Of a stretch of DNA of 64,000 nt, positions 49,407-58,194 are shown piece by piece. The position numbers and the translations under genes were made by a program. Under the pieces are notes generated by a model that was not told where the DNA came from, searched no databases, and saw nothing but the letters and a program-made list of their open reading frames with translations. Location: NCBI RefSeq assembly GCF_904830955.1, contig NZ_LR882970.1. One strand, given 5' to 3'. Numbering within the stretch: the stretch's first letter is position 1; every line of letters begins with the position of its first letter. Source of the DNA: Planktothrix tepida. GTDB lineage: Bacteria; Cyanobacteriota; Cyanobacteriia; Cyanobacteriales; Microcoleaceae.

Positions 49407-50948
49407 TCAAGTAGATTTTGTATTAATTATTCGAGATCTATAGCTATCAAAAAGTTCATCAATTTTTTGGGGGTCAGATACAAGTGTTCCCCGTTCATCT
49501 CGAAAGGTGCGATCGCGATCGCCCTTAAAAGAAAGCCAATTAAAACTTGTTGTAACAGCAAATTTTCCATCAGATATGAGGATTTTTGCGTGGGTATCTC
49601 CAAGACGTTTAAGGATAAAATTACCTTGGTACTGATTTGCTAATTTTTCAAGATTTTTCTCAGCTTGAATATCAGATTTTGAATTTTTATCATCGTTTTC
49701 TCCTAAACCGTACCCAATCAAAACTTGTACTCCCCGTTTGAGAAGATTTTCAAACTGTTGAATAAACTTTTTATCCACAGAACTTGCTCGAATCCAAGGA
49801 GAGATAATCATTAAACGTTTTTGACTCTCTTTAAGTGCTTGTTCGAGGATAGGACGGTGTTCGTACATTTCTAGCCATCGCATCGGAACTGAAGCTAGAA
49901 TAGAATCAAGTTGAGCTTGAAGTTCTTTTATTTGCTGTTGTGCTTCTTGAAGCTTTTGATCAAGAATGAGTTTTTCCTGATCATCTTCAGTTTGTTCAAG
50001 AGTATTTTGAGTTGTTTGTATTTTTTCTTCTATTTGAGCTTGAGCAGCAAAAACTTTTTCCTTAATCGCTTCAATTTCTTGTAAAGGAGCTTGAGCAACA
50101 AATTCATATCCTAAAACTGCTTCAGCTAACTTTCGGGGTGCGCTCTCTTTTAGGTTTTCTAATATCTGAAGTTTTTTGATTCCATTAGTACGATCAAAAA
50201 TTTCTTCATGATCATTAGAAATAACATCATCAATCGCAAAAGATACCTGAATATTATCACTATCTTTTGCCTTATAAATCAGCATCAAAGCGGGTTGAAA
50301 AAATATCGACCTGCGCTCAATAGCTTTCAAGGCTAAAAGGTCTCGCTCTTGCTTAACTCTGGCTTTGCTGGCTCCGTCAATCTGGCGAATAATTTTGTCT
50401 ACATCTTTGAGTTTAAGATCGGAAATTTCTGGTGACTTTTTTGGAAAGGGATCAATTTCTATAATGTCTTGATTACGCAAGTCTTTTTGCTTAAGTAAAC
50501 GTGACTCTAACTTTCCGTACCAACGAGGATACCGTAAAAGTCCATCAAAATTGATATCAAATGTTCGCTCTTCTGGAACAATAATTTTAGCCTCGCGGAG
50601 TGTTCCTTCACCTTTTTTCGTCAACTTCCAAACCTGTATCTGAGAGCCATCAGGAGCTATGAGGTCTATATCCTCACTCATCCTTAAATTGATCATTGCA
50701 TCCCTGACAATAGGCAATTCAATGCCAAGAAATCCAGCAATATCCGTTTCAGAGGATAAACCAGCATTAATCGATTTCAAGACATATTCTTCTATTGGTG
50801 GAATTGGTTTATGCAGTTGAGTTAGAGCTTGAACAGTAATTTTATAAACAGGTAAACCGACTTGTTTACAACTCACTAAATCGAAGCCTGTACGATTATT
50901 GTAGCGACGCAGTTCTTCTGGAGAAAAATCGAGATTTTCTAACTTCAT
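49407..50948 (-). CDS. Single-HKD phospholipase-D-family nuclease (MkoB-like), with a ~330-aa N-terminal region and a central coiled coil
   Basis: The C-terminal HKD motif is present as GDTHAKILISDGKFAVTTSFNWLS (HxK(x)4D followed by S/N). The coiled-coil segment spans EKIQTTQNTLEQTEDDQEKLILDQKLQEAQQQIKELQAQL. Confidence 0.7.
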   Translation of the reverse strand: MKLENLDFSPEELRRYNNRTGFDLVSCKQVGLPVYKITVQALTQLHKPIPPIEEYVLKSINAGLSSETDIAGFLGIELPIVRDAMINLRMSEDIDLIAPDGSQIQVWKLTKKGEGTLREAKIIVPEERTFDINFDGLLRYPRWYGKLESRLLKQKDLRNQDIIEIDPFPKKSPEISDLKLKDVDKIIRQIDGASKARVKQERDLLALKAIERRSIFFQPALMLIYKAKDSDNIQVSFAIDDVISNDHEEIFDRTNGIKKLQILENLKESAPRKLAEAVLGYEFVAQAPLQEIEAIKEKVFAAQAQIEEKIQTTQNTLEQTEDDQEKLILDQKLQEAQQQIKELQAQLDSILASVPMRWLEMYEHRPILEQALKESQKRLMIISPWIRASSVDKKFIQQFENLLKRGVQVLIGYGLGENDDKNSKSDIQAEKNLEKLANQYQGNFILKRLGDTHAKILISDGKFAVTTSFNWLSFKGDRDRTFRDERGTLVSDPQKIDELFDSYRSRIINTKST

Positions 50949-50958
50949 ATTTATTTAA

Positions 50959-51321
50959 CTAAATCTCTATTTCGGGTAATAGGTTCATTAATTTAGCAAC
51001 TACTTCAATTAGGACTTCTGGAGGCATTTTACAAGCAAACTCTGCTTGCCTTGCTTGCCAATCAAAGGATTTAATTTGATCGGCTAAAACAACTCCTGAT
51101 ACTGCCAATCCTTCTGGAATTGCTACTTCAAAAGGATAACCTTTTACTCGGCTAGTAATTGGACAGACTAAAGCTAGTCCAACTCGGCGATTATATGTTG
51201 TTTTTGAGATAACAATAGCTGGACGACGACCTGCCTGTTCCCTCCCTAATTGCGGAATAAAGTCAATCCAAATGATATCACCTTGACGGGGAATATACAA
51301 CTGAGGATTATCAGAATTCAT
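50959..51321 (-). CDS. mazF: MazF/PemK-family type II toxin (mRNA interferase)
   Basis: The 120-aa sequence PRQGDIIWIDFIPQLGREQAGRRPAIVIS...LALVCPITS matches the conserved MazF/PemK core. Confidence 0.8.
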   Translation of the reverse strand: MNSDNPQLYIPRQGDIIWIDFIPQLGREQAGRRPAIVISKTTYNRRVGLALVCPITSRVKGYPFEVAIPEGLAVSGVVLADQIKSFDWQARQAEFACKMPPEVLIEVVAKLMNLLPEIEI

Positions 51322-51327
51322 ATATTA

Positions 51328-51537
51328 TTATAACCCAATTTCACTATGAATGCTATCAGGTTTGATTGCTTCTAATAATTGCTTCAATTGACTCTCTCTT
51401 TGAATTAAACAAGGTAATTTAGCAGCAATAATTTCAATTGCTAAATATTCTATTGATTCTTCTTTTATTTCGGCTAGCAAAGAGAGTTGCTCAAAAAGCG
51501 TTTCCGAAATTTCTAATGTTATTTTGTGGTCTTTCAT
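51328..51537 (-). CDS. Putative cognate antitoxin (MazE-like) for the downstream MazF
   Basis: 69-aa acidic protein whose stop lies 6 nt upstream of the MazF start. Confidence 0.5.
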   Translation of the reverse strand: MKDHKITLEISETLFEQLSLLAEIKEESIEYLAIEIIAAKLPCLIQRESQLKQLLEAIKPDSIHSEIGL

Positions 51538-51619
51538 TGAACACCTGCTTATTTCGTAATCTACCAGTTGTAAAATGAGTAATATACAGACTATTTACCC
51601 GATAAAGGCTATACAGGAA

Positions 51620-54600
51620 TTATAACCCAGGCTCAGTTAAATCGCAATTTTCACGGTGACATTCAATATACTCTAAAACTCGGTGTAATGGATTCTCCTG
51701 TGAAGTTCGACAGAAATGGTGATCTCCCACAATTACTAAACCCACTTTACCTCTGGATAAAGCCACATTTAATCGTTCTGCATCACGCAGAAAACCCACT
51801 TTACCTTGTTTGTTAGAACGAGTTACAGAATACACGGCAATATCAGCTTCACGTCCTTGGAACGCATCTACTGTATTACACTCAACTGTTAATGCTTGCC
51901 AATTGTTTAATTCTGAATTAAGCCTACGATTAAGTAATTTTAGCTGTGCTGCATACCCGGTTAAAACAGCCACACTATATTTTTTTTCAGCTTTTACTGC
52001 TGTCTGATTTAGCTGTTTGAGAAACTCAACAATGACGTTTACTTCACAGGGATTGTTAAAGCTAGAATTTACAGACTGTTCATGAGAATTTTTAAGTTTA
52101 CTTGTTGTTAACCAAGTAACGGTTTTTGGTAATATTTTAGCCAGGTCTTTATCGATATCTGTCCTGGCACTTTTGAGTTGACCTTCATAAAAGCATTCAC
52201 TAACTAAATTGCCAATTGGTGCAACCATCCGATGTTGAATCGTTAACATCTTGCGACACCCATCTGGGAGTGTTCTAAGCAGTCGATCAAATAGAGTTTC
52301 TCGAATATCATCTTGAGTCAGTTCGTATTCGTCTAAAAAGTCAGAATTTCTGCTAACTTCATCTTTAAAGGGTGGCAGTTGTTTAGGGTCACCAACCAAT
52401 ATCCAGCGATGAGATCGCGCCATTGGGACTAATACTTCTGTCGCCGTAGCTTTTGAAGCTTCATCAACAATACACAGGTCAAATTCTATGTCTTGAATCT
52501 CTCTAGGAATTCCGATACAAGTCCCAGCTATTACTTGCGATCGCTTAATTAAAGGTATATTGAATTTGTCATTTCGACCAAACTGCTCAAACCATTCTGT
52601 TTGAATTTTTAGCAAGTTTTGTAGCATTTTTGAATCTGAATTATTTTGATCAATGAGTTGATTAATCTGTTCTTGTATCTCCTCAACCGATAATCTCAAA
52701 AGTTGATTGATACTACTTCTAGTTAATTCTTTTAACCGCTTGGCTTTTTCTTTCTGTTGCTGTCGCGCTTCTTTTAACTGCTGACGTAGAATGTTAATTT
52801 CCACTTCAATACTTTGACATTCCTCTAGCTTATCTTTGGGAATATGAGTTTCTAACAATGAATCTGGATTTTCTATGTCGTAATTTATTGCTAGAATTTC
52901 ATCTAAATCCTGTTTCCAGGCATTAACTTCTTCCCTGAAAGTTTCAATTTTTATTCCCAGATTTCTCATTTCTTGAAATAGTGTGGCTATTTCACTGTTA
53001 TGCCCAGAAATACCTCGTTGTGCTGACCAATTATCAATAAATTCCTGTCCTTTAGCGATCGCCGACTCTCTCCATTGTTCCATTTGTTCTTCCAGTAACA
53101 GAGAATGAACATTTTCTGATACCCTTTCATGGTTGCCAATTCGCAACAATTTCAAGTTAGGATCTTTCACTTTAATTCGTTCTAATGCGTTATCTAGTGC
53201 AACATGAGTTTGTGAACTCAGCAAAATTCTAGTCTCAGGTTTTTGATTAAGAATTTGCAGAACAACTTCTGTAATAAATGTTGTTTTTCCTGTCCCTGGT
53301 GGCCCTTGAACAATTAGAAAATCTTCTGTAGAAAGTGCAGCTTTGACAACTTGTTCCTGTGATTCATTCAGAGATTGAATAAACTGCACATCCACTTCTA
53401 AATCAGGAATACGAACTTCTTGGGGATTGACAAGTAATTGGCGAATATCTGAACGGACTCCCCTATCAAATCTAATTGCATCTAGGGCATTTTTTTGTCG
53501 ATTTAGGGAAACCTCAGCAGCACGAGTATCAAAACGTAATTCTCCAGATTGTGGGAGTCTTTCTGATTCTCCATATTTAATATAAAGAGTCAATTTGTCA
53601 CCGATAACTTGCTCAACATCTCCCTCCAAGATGATCGATTCTTTGGCATTTTTCACATAGCGTGGTTGTCCACCTAGATCATCTTCTGGAAGTTCTGATA
53701 ATTCAAAGGTAACGCGATTTCCATGATGAGTAAAGTCTTTGTATTTAATCGGTTTCTCTCTATTTTTTTCCCAATCACCCTTCGCTCTAAGAATATCCCA
53801 CCAAACTTGAAATATTCGTTGCTTTTCTTTCTCATCTTCCTGTTCTTTTAAGTTATCTTCATGCTCTATAACTGCATCCTCTAAATCCCGAATTACATCT
53901 TCTGCTTCATATAAATTCCGTGGCTTTCCAAATCTGAACTCGTAGGGAAGAATCCAAGAACGTTCTCGACGTTGTTCTAATTGCCAGTAAGAAGTAGACC
54001 AAGCATTCAAAATAACTAGGTGCTGTCGTTGGTTTTGATCTATCTTTATATGATATCGATAGGAAATACCATAAATTTCGTAGTGATCTTCACGGGACGC
54101 AGCATCGTTGGTGTCGTCCTTAAATTTAAAGGGACGAATGCCACAACCAGATTCATTATTGATATCTTCAAGGATAAGATTCTTGATCTCAACTTCTGAA
54201 GAAATCTTCAATTCATTCCTAAGTCGTTCTAAGCACCTTGGTGTAAGCTCAATAAAGCAAGGACGTTTTTTAATTTCTCCTGTTTTTGTCTTTCTTTGAA
54301 TAGCATTAATTTCAGCTAACAATACATCTGCATTATGCTGACGCTCTGCGGGGTCTAAGGAAACAGCACGCTCGATTACTTCTACGATTTCAGAGGGTGC
54401 ATTAAACGCTTTTAGAGCGGTGGAAATATTATTATGTTCTGTTAGTTCAATATTAGTTAAACACTTCAAAACCAATACACCAAAACTGAAAACATCGCGG
54501 GTGTAAGTATAGGAACCATCATCAAATTCTGGCGGCGTGAATGTACGCGATACAAAGTCTTTGAGTGTAATATTGGGTTCCAAATATCTTTTAAGCTTAG

Positions 54601-55072
54601 ATATGCCAAAGTCAGCAAGTTTGAGTTTACCGTCAATTCCTACTAAAATATTGCTAGGTTTAATATCCCGGTGTATAATTCCGCGATTATGGGAAAATGC
54701 TAAAGCTTCCAATGTGGGTAAGGCTATTGCTTTCCAGAATGAATCCCAATCTTCCGGGGGAGATTCTTTTAAAAGTGTTGTTAAATCTTTCTCCATCCAC
54801 TCCAGAACCAGAAAATAATTCCCCGTAGTTTCATCCTTTCCAGAATCAAGGAGTTCCACAATTCTAGGGTGTTTTAACTCTTGGAGAGCTAGGGTTTCAC
54901 GTCTGAAGGATTCGGCTAGAAAATCTGCTTCAATTTGTCCATTTTTGAATTCTTTTACCGCAACTAGCCGTTCTTCTTGGTTGTAGTCTCTTGCGCGGTA
55001 GACATCTGCCATTCCACCTGATCGTGGGTTGGGGGATAGAGCATAGCGATCGTTGATGAAGCGAGGTGGCAT
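51620..55072 (-). CDS. Ser/Thr protein kinase fused to a Upf1/DNA2-like SF1 helicase (COG1112-type), MkoA-like
   Basis: The kinase motifs are the VAVKEF lysine, HRDIKPSN catalytic loop, DFG (LADFGISK) and a TPPEF APE-like motif. The helicase motifs are GPPGTGKT, DEAS (CIVDEASKAT), QHRM and VDAFQGREADIAV. 1150 aa. Confidence 0.8.
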   Translation of the reverse strand: MPPRFINDRYALSPNPRSGGMADVYRARDYNQEERLVAVKEFKNGQIEADFLAESFRRETLALQELKHPRIVELLDSGKDETTGNYFLVLEWMEKDLTTLLKESPPEDWDSFWKAIALPTLEALAFSHNRGIIHRDIKPSNILVGIDGKLKLADFGISKLKRYLEPNITLKDFVSRTFTPPEFDDGSYTYTRDVFSFGVLVLKCLTNIELTEHNNISTALKAFNAPSEIVEVIERAVSLDPAERQHNADVLLAEINAIQRKTKTGEIKKRPCFIELTPRCLERLRNELKISSEVEIKNLILEDINNESGCGIRPFKFKDDTNDAASREDHYEIYGISYRYHIKIDQNQRQHLVILNAWSTSYWQLEQRRERSWILPYEFRFGKPRNLYEAEDVIRDLEDAVIEHEDNLKEQEDEKEKQRIFQVWWDILRAKGDWEKNREKPIKYKDFTHHGNRVTFELSELPEDDLGGQPRYVKNAKESIILEGDVEQVIGDKLTLYIKYGESERLPQSGELRFDTRAAEVSLNRQKNALDAIRFDRGVRSDIRQLLVNPQEVRIPDLEVDVQFIQSLNESQEQVVKAALSTEDFLIVQGPPGTGKTTFITEVVLQILNQKPETRILLSSQTHVALDNALERIKVKDPNLKLLRIGNHERVSENVHSLLLEEQMEQWRESAIAKGQEFIDNWSAQRGISGHNSEIATLFQEMRNLGIKIETFREEVNAWKQDLDEILAINYDIENPDSLLETHIPKDKLEECQSIEVEINILRQQLKEARQQQKEKAKRLKELTRSSINQLLRLSVEEIQEQINQLIDQNNSDSKMLQNLLKIQTEWFEQFGRNDKFNIPLIKRSQVIAGTCIGIPREIQDIEFDLCIVDEASKATATEVLVPMARSHRWILVGDPKQLPPFKDEVSRNSDFLDEYELTQDDIRETLFDRLLRTLPDGCRKMLTIQHRMVAPIGNLVSECFYEGQLKSARTDIDKDLAKILPKTVTWLTTSKLKNSHEQSVNSSFNNPCEVNVIVEFLKQLNQTAVKAEKKYSVAVLTGYAAQLKLLNRRLNSELNNWQALTVECNTVDAFQGREADIAVYSVTRSNKQGKVGFLRDAERLNVALSRGKVGLVIVGDHHFCRTSQENPLHRVLEYIECHRENCDLTEPGL

Positions 55073-55210
55073 AACTTAGCTATCAATAGAAGACATTTGT
55101 TTATTTATAACACAAATTACATTTTTAAGTCATCAAGCCTTTCTACTGTTAATCATCCGAAATCCTCAAGGATGCGGTGGTAGATTTAGAGTAATCCCTG
55201 AATCAATCAG

Positions 55211-55606
55211 TTGAAAATGAAACGATCTCAAAAACCTTGGCAAATTGCTTGTTTTCTCTATTTTTTGTTGTTATTATTAATTGTAATTACAGCAGATCTA
55301 GGAAATTTACCCTATAGTTTATTAGAACAAATTCCCTATTATGATGTCTATGGACACTTTATTTTATATGGAATTGCCTCTTTTTTAACTCATTTAGCCT
55401 GGGGAGGAAAAAAGATTATCATTTATCCCCTATTTTTTCCCCTAGGGCCATTTGTTTTTGCCCTAGTCACTATCGCAGAAGAAATGATGCAAACTCTTTT
55501 TCCCAGTCGTACCTTTAGTTTACTCGATTTAAGCTCAAGTTTAATTGGGATTATTCTATTTTATTATTTAGCAGAATTATGGATTTTTTATCATAAAAAA
55601 AACTGA
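55211..55606 (+). CDS. VanZ-like family membrane protein
   Basis: 131 aa with four TM segments and a VanZ-like hydrophobic pattern. Confidence 0.55.
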   Translation: MKMKRSQKPWQIACFLYFLLLLLIVITADLGNLPYSLLEQIPYYDVYGHFILYGIASFLTHLAWGGKKIIIYPLFFPLGPFVFALVTIAEEMMQTLFPSRTFSLLDLSSSLIGIILFYYLAELWIFYHKKN

Positions 55607-55709
55607 GGGAATAAAATTACCCTTGCTTATTTAACTCAATTATGAGAAAATTCAAAACATCCCAAACGGGGAATTGAGTTTTGTTAAAATAGCATAATCC
55701 CTTAACCGC

Positions 55710-58100
55710 ATGACCCATTCTAGCCCTATTAACAATATTCCTGAGTCTACTTGGAGTCGTCCCATTGGTTTAGGGTGGGAAAAACCTTATACCGTTCGCT
55801 ACGCCAGTAATTTAGATGATGGCCCTTGGCACGGAATGCCGTTAGGGGGGTTGGGTGCAGGTTGCATTGGACGGTCTTCACGGGGAGATTTTAACCTTTG
55901 GCATTTGGACGGGGGAGAACATATTTTTAGAAATCTTCCCGCTTGTCAATTTAGTATTTTTGAAGAAATCAACGGTCAAAAAAAAGCTTACGCTTTATCA
56001 ACAGAACCGCCAGAAGATGGGAGTTTAGCGGCGTGGAATTGGTATCCTAATCCTAAAAATTATCCTGAACAAACAGGAACCTATCATGCGTTATATCCTC
56101 GCAGTTGGTTTGTTTATGAAAATGTATTTTCAGCACAATTAACTTGTGAACAATTTTCTCCAGTTTGGGCAAAAAATTATCAAGAAAGTAGTTATCCTAT
56201 TGCAATTTTTGAATGGATAGCTCACAACCCAACGGATGAACCGATTACCTTAAGTATATTATTAACGTGGGAAAATACGATTGGATGGTTTACCAATAGT
56301 TTAGCGAGTCCTGAAGTCAAAGTCAGAGATGATGGCAGTCCGGTTTATGAATATCAACCCCGATGGGGAAATAGTGCCGGAAGTGTTAATCGATTAGTTG
56401 AAGATTTTCATCGTATTGGCTGTTTAATGACTCGTCTAAGTACCCATGAAGAGGTGCGGGAAGGGGAAGGACAAATGGCAATTGCCACCATTATAAATCC
56501 TGCGGTTGAAGTGTATTATCAAACCCGTTGGAACCCGACTGGAACTGGACAAGATATTTGGGAATATTTTGCTGAAGATGGCACATTATTAGATCAAGAA
56601 AGTGAACATCCGGCCAAAGAAGATGAACGACTTGCAGTTGCTTTAGCAGTTAAATTTACAATTCGACCGGGAAAAACTCGCAAAATTCCATTTTATTTAG
56701 CCTGGGATTTACCTATTACTGAATTTGCATCAGGAATTAATTATTATCGTCGTTATACTGATTTTTTTGGTCGGAATGGTCACAATGCTTGGTCAATGAT
56801 TCGCACAGCGATGAAGCATTCTGATACTTGGCGAGAACAGATTGAACTGTGGCAAAACCCAATTTTACAACGTCAAGATTTACCCAATTGGTTTAAAATG
56901 GCACTCTTTAATGAGCTATATTTACTCACGGATGGAGGTGCACTTTGGACTGCGGCAGATGAACGTGATCCAGTCGGTCAATTTGCCGTTTTAGAATGTT
57001 TAGATTATCGCTGGTATGAAAGTTTAGATGTGCGATTATATGGGTCATTTTCTTTATTAATGTTATGGCCAGAGTTAGAAAAATCAATATTAATCGCCTA
57101 TTCCCGTGCGATTTCTCAAGGCGATAATACTCCGCGAATTATTGGTTATAATCAAGCCTCTGCGATTCGGAAAGCTGTCGGTGCAACCCCCCATGATTTA
57201 GGAGCACCGAATGAACATCCTTGGGAAAAAACCAATTACACCAGTTATCAAGATTGTAACCTCTGGAAGGATTTACCTTGTGATTTTATTTTGCAAGTTT
57301 ATCGAGATTTTCGATTAACGGGGGGAACAGATTACGAGTTCTTAAAAGATTGTTGGTCAGCAATGGTTGAAACCCTCAATTATCTGAAAACCTTTGATTT
57401 AGATCAAGATTCAATTCCTGAAAATAGTGGCGCACCCGACCAAACCTTTGATGATTGGAGATTACAGGGAATTAGTGCCTATTGCGGGGGGTTATGGTTA
57501 GCGGCATTAGAGGCAATGATTGCGATGGGTAAGGTATTAGAAAAGGAAACTGTTACCCCGTCTCCTCAAAGCGTTCTTCCGACCTATCAAACTTGGTTAG
57601 AAACGGCTAAACCTTTGTATCAAAAAACCCTTTGGAATGGTCAATATTATCGTTTGGATAGTGGTAGTGGTTCTGATGTAGTCATGGCGGATCAATTATG
57701 TGGTCAATTTTATGCTAGATTATTAGAATTACCTGATATTGTTCCTACTGATTGTACAATTTCGGCTTTAAAAACCGTTTATGATTCCTGCTTTAAAAAG
57801 TTTCATAATGGACAATTTGGTGCAGCTAATGGTGTTAGACCGAGTGGAGAAGCGGTTAATCCTCAAGATACTCACCCCTTAGAAGTTTGGACAGGAATTA
57901 ATTTTGGGTTGGCGGCGTTTTTCATGCAAATGGGAATGAAAGCGGAAGCGTTAGAATTAACGGAAGTTGTGGTTAAACAAATCTATGAAAATGGTCTACA
58001 ATTTCGGACTTCCGAAGCCATTACAGCCGTTGGCACATTTCGCGCCAGTCATTATTTAAGAGCGATGGCAATTTGGGCAATTTATTATCAATACTTGTAA
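55710..58100 (+). CDS. Glycoside hydrolase family 116, non-lysosomal glucosylceramidase (GBA2)-like
   Basis: The N-terminal beta-sandwich (GMPLGGLGAGCIGRSSRGDFNLWHL) and the C-terminal (alpha/alpha)6 catalytic domain are present. 796 aa. Confidence 0.8.
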   Translation: MTHSSPINNIPESTWSRPIGLGWEKPYTVRYASNLDDGPWHGMPLGGLGAGCIGRSSRGDFNLWHLDGGEHIFRNLPACQFSIFEEINGQKKAYALSTEPPEDGSLAAWNWYPNPKNYPEQTGTYHALYPRSWFVYENVFSAQLTCEQFSPVWAKNYQESSYPIAIFEWIAHNPTDEPITLSILLTWENTIGWFTNSLASPEVKVRDDGSPVYEYQPRWGNSAGSVNRLVEDFHRIGCLMTRLSTHEEVREGEGQMAIATIINPAVEVYYQTRWNPTGTGQDIWEYFAEDGTLLDQESEHPAKEDERLAVALAVKFTIRPGKTRKIPFYLAWDLPITEFASGINYYRRYTDFFGRNGHNAWSMIRTAMKHSDTWREQIELWQNPILQRQDLPNWFKMALFNELYLLTDGGALWTAADERDPVGQFAVLECLDYRWYESLDVRLYGSFSLLMLWPELEKSILIAYSRAISQGDNTPRIIGYNQASAIRKAVGATPHDLGAPNEHPWEKTNYTSYQDCNLWKDLPCDFILQVYRDFRLTGGTDYEFLKDCWSAMVETLNYLKTFDLDQDSIPENSGAPDQTFDDWRLQGISAYCGGLWLAALEAMIAMGKVLEKETVTPSPQSVLPTYQTWLETAKPLYQKTLWNGQYYRLDSGSGSDVVMADQLCGQFYARLLELPDIVPTDCTISALKTVYDSCFKKFHNGQFGAANGVRPSGEAVNPQDTHPLEVWTGINFGLAAFFMQMGMKAEALELTEVVVKQIYENGLQFRTSEAITAVGTFRASHYLRAMAIWAIYYQYL

Positions 58101-58149
58101 CCCCAAAGACACGAAGACACGAACCAGGATAATTCAAGTGAAGTCTTTT

Positions 58150-58190
58150 CCTCCCTGTTCCCTGTTCCCTGCTCCCTGTTCCCTGCTCTA
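58150..58190. repeat. Heptamer tandem repeat CCCTGTT/CCCTGCT x5 (reverse complement of the GAACAGG family)
   Basis: Seen directly. Confidence 0.6.
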
Positions 58191-58194
58191 AAAT

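Noticed and set aside
49407-55072. Recent horizontally acquired island for the kinase-helicase/MazEF/PLD cassette
   Set aside because: The region is somewhat AT-richer than its neighbours, but it contains several HIP1 (GCGATCGC) sites and no integrase, tRNA target or direct-repeat boundaries. I cannot claim recent HGT from sequence alone.
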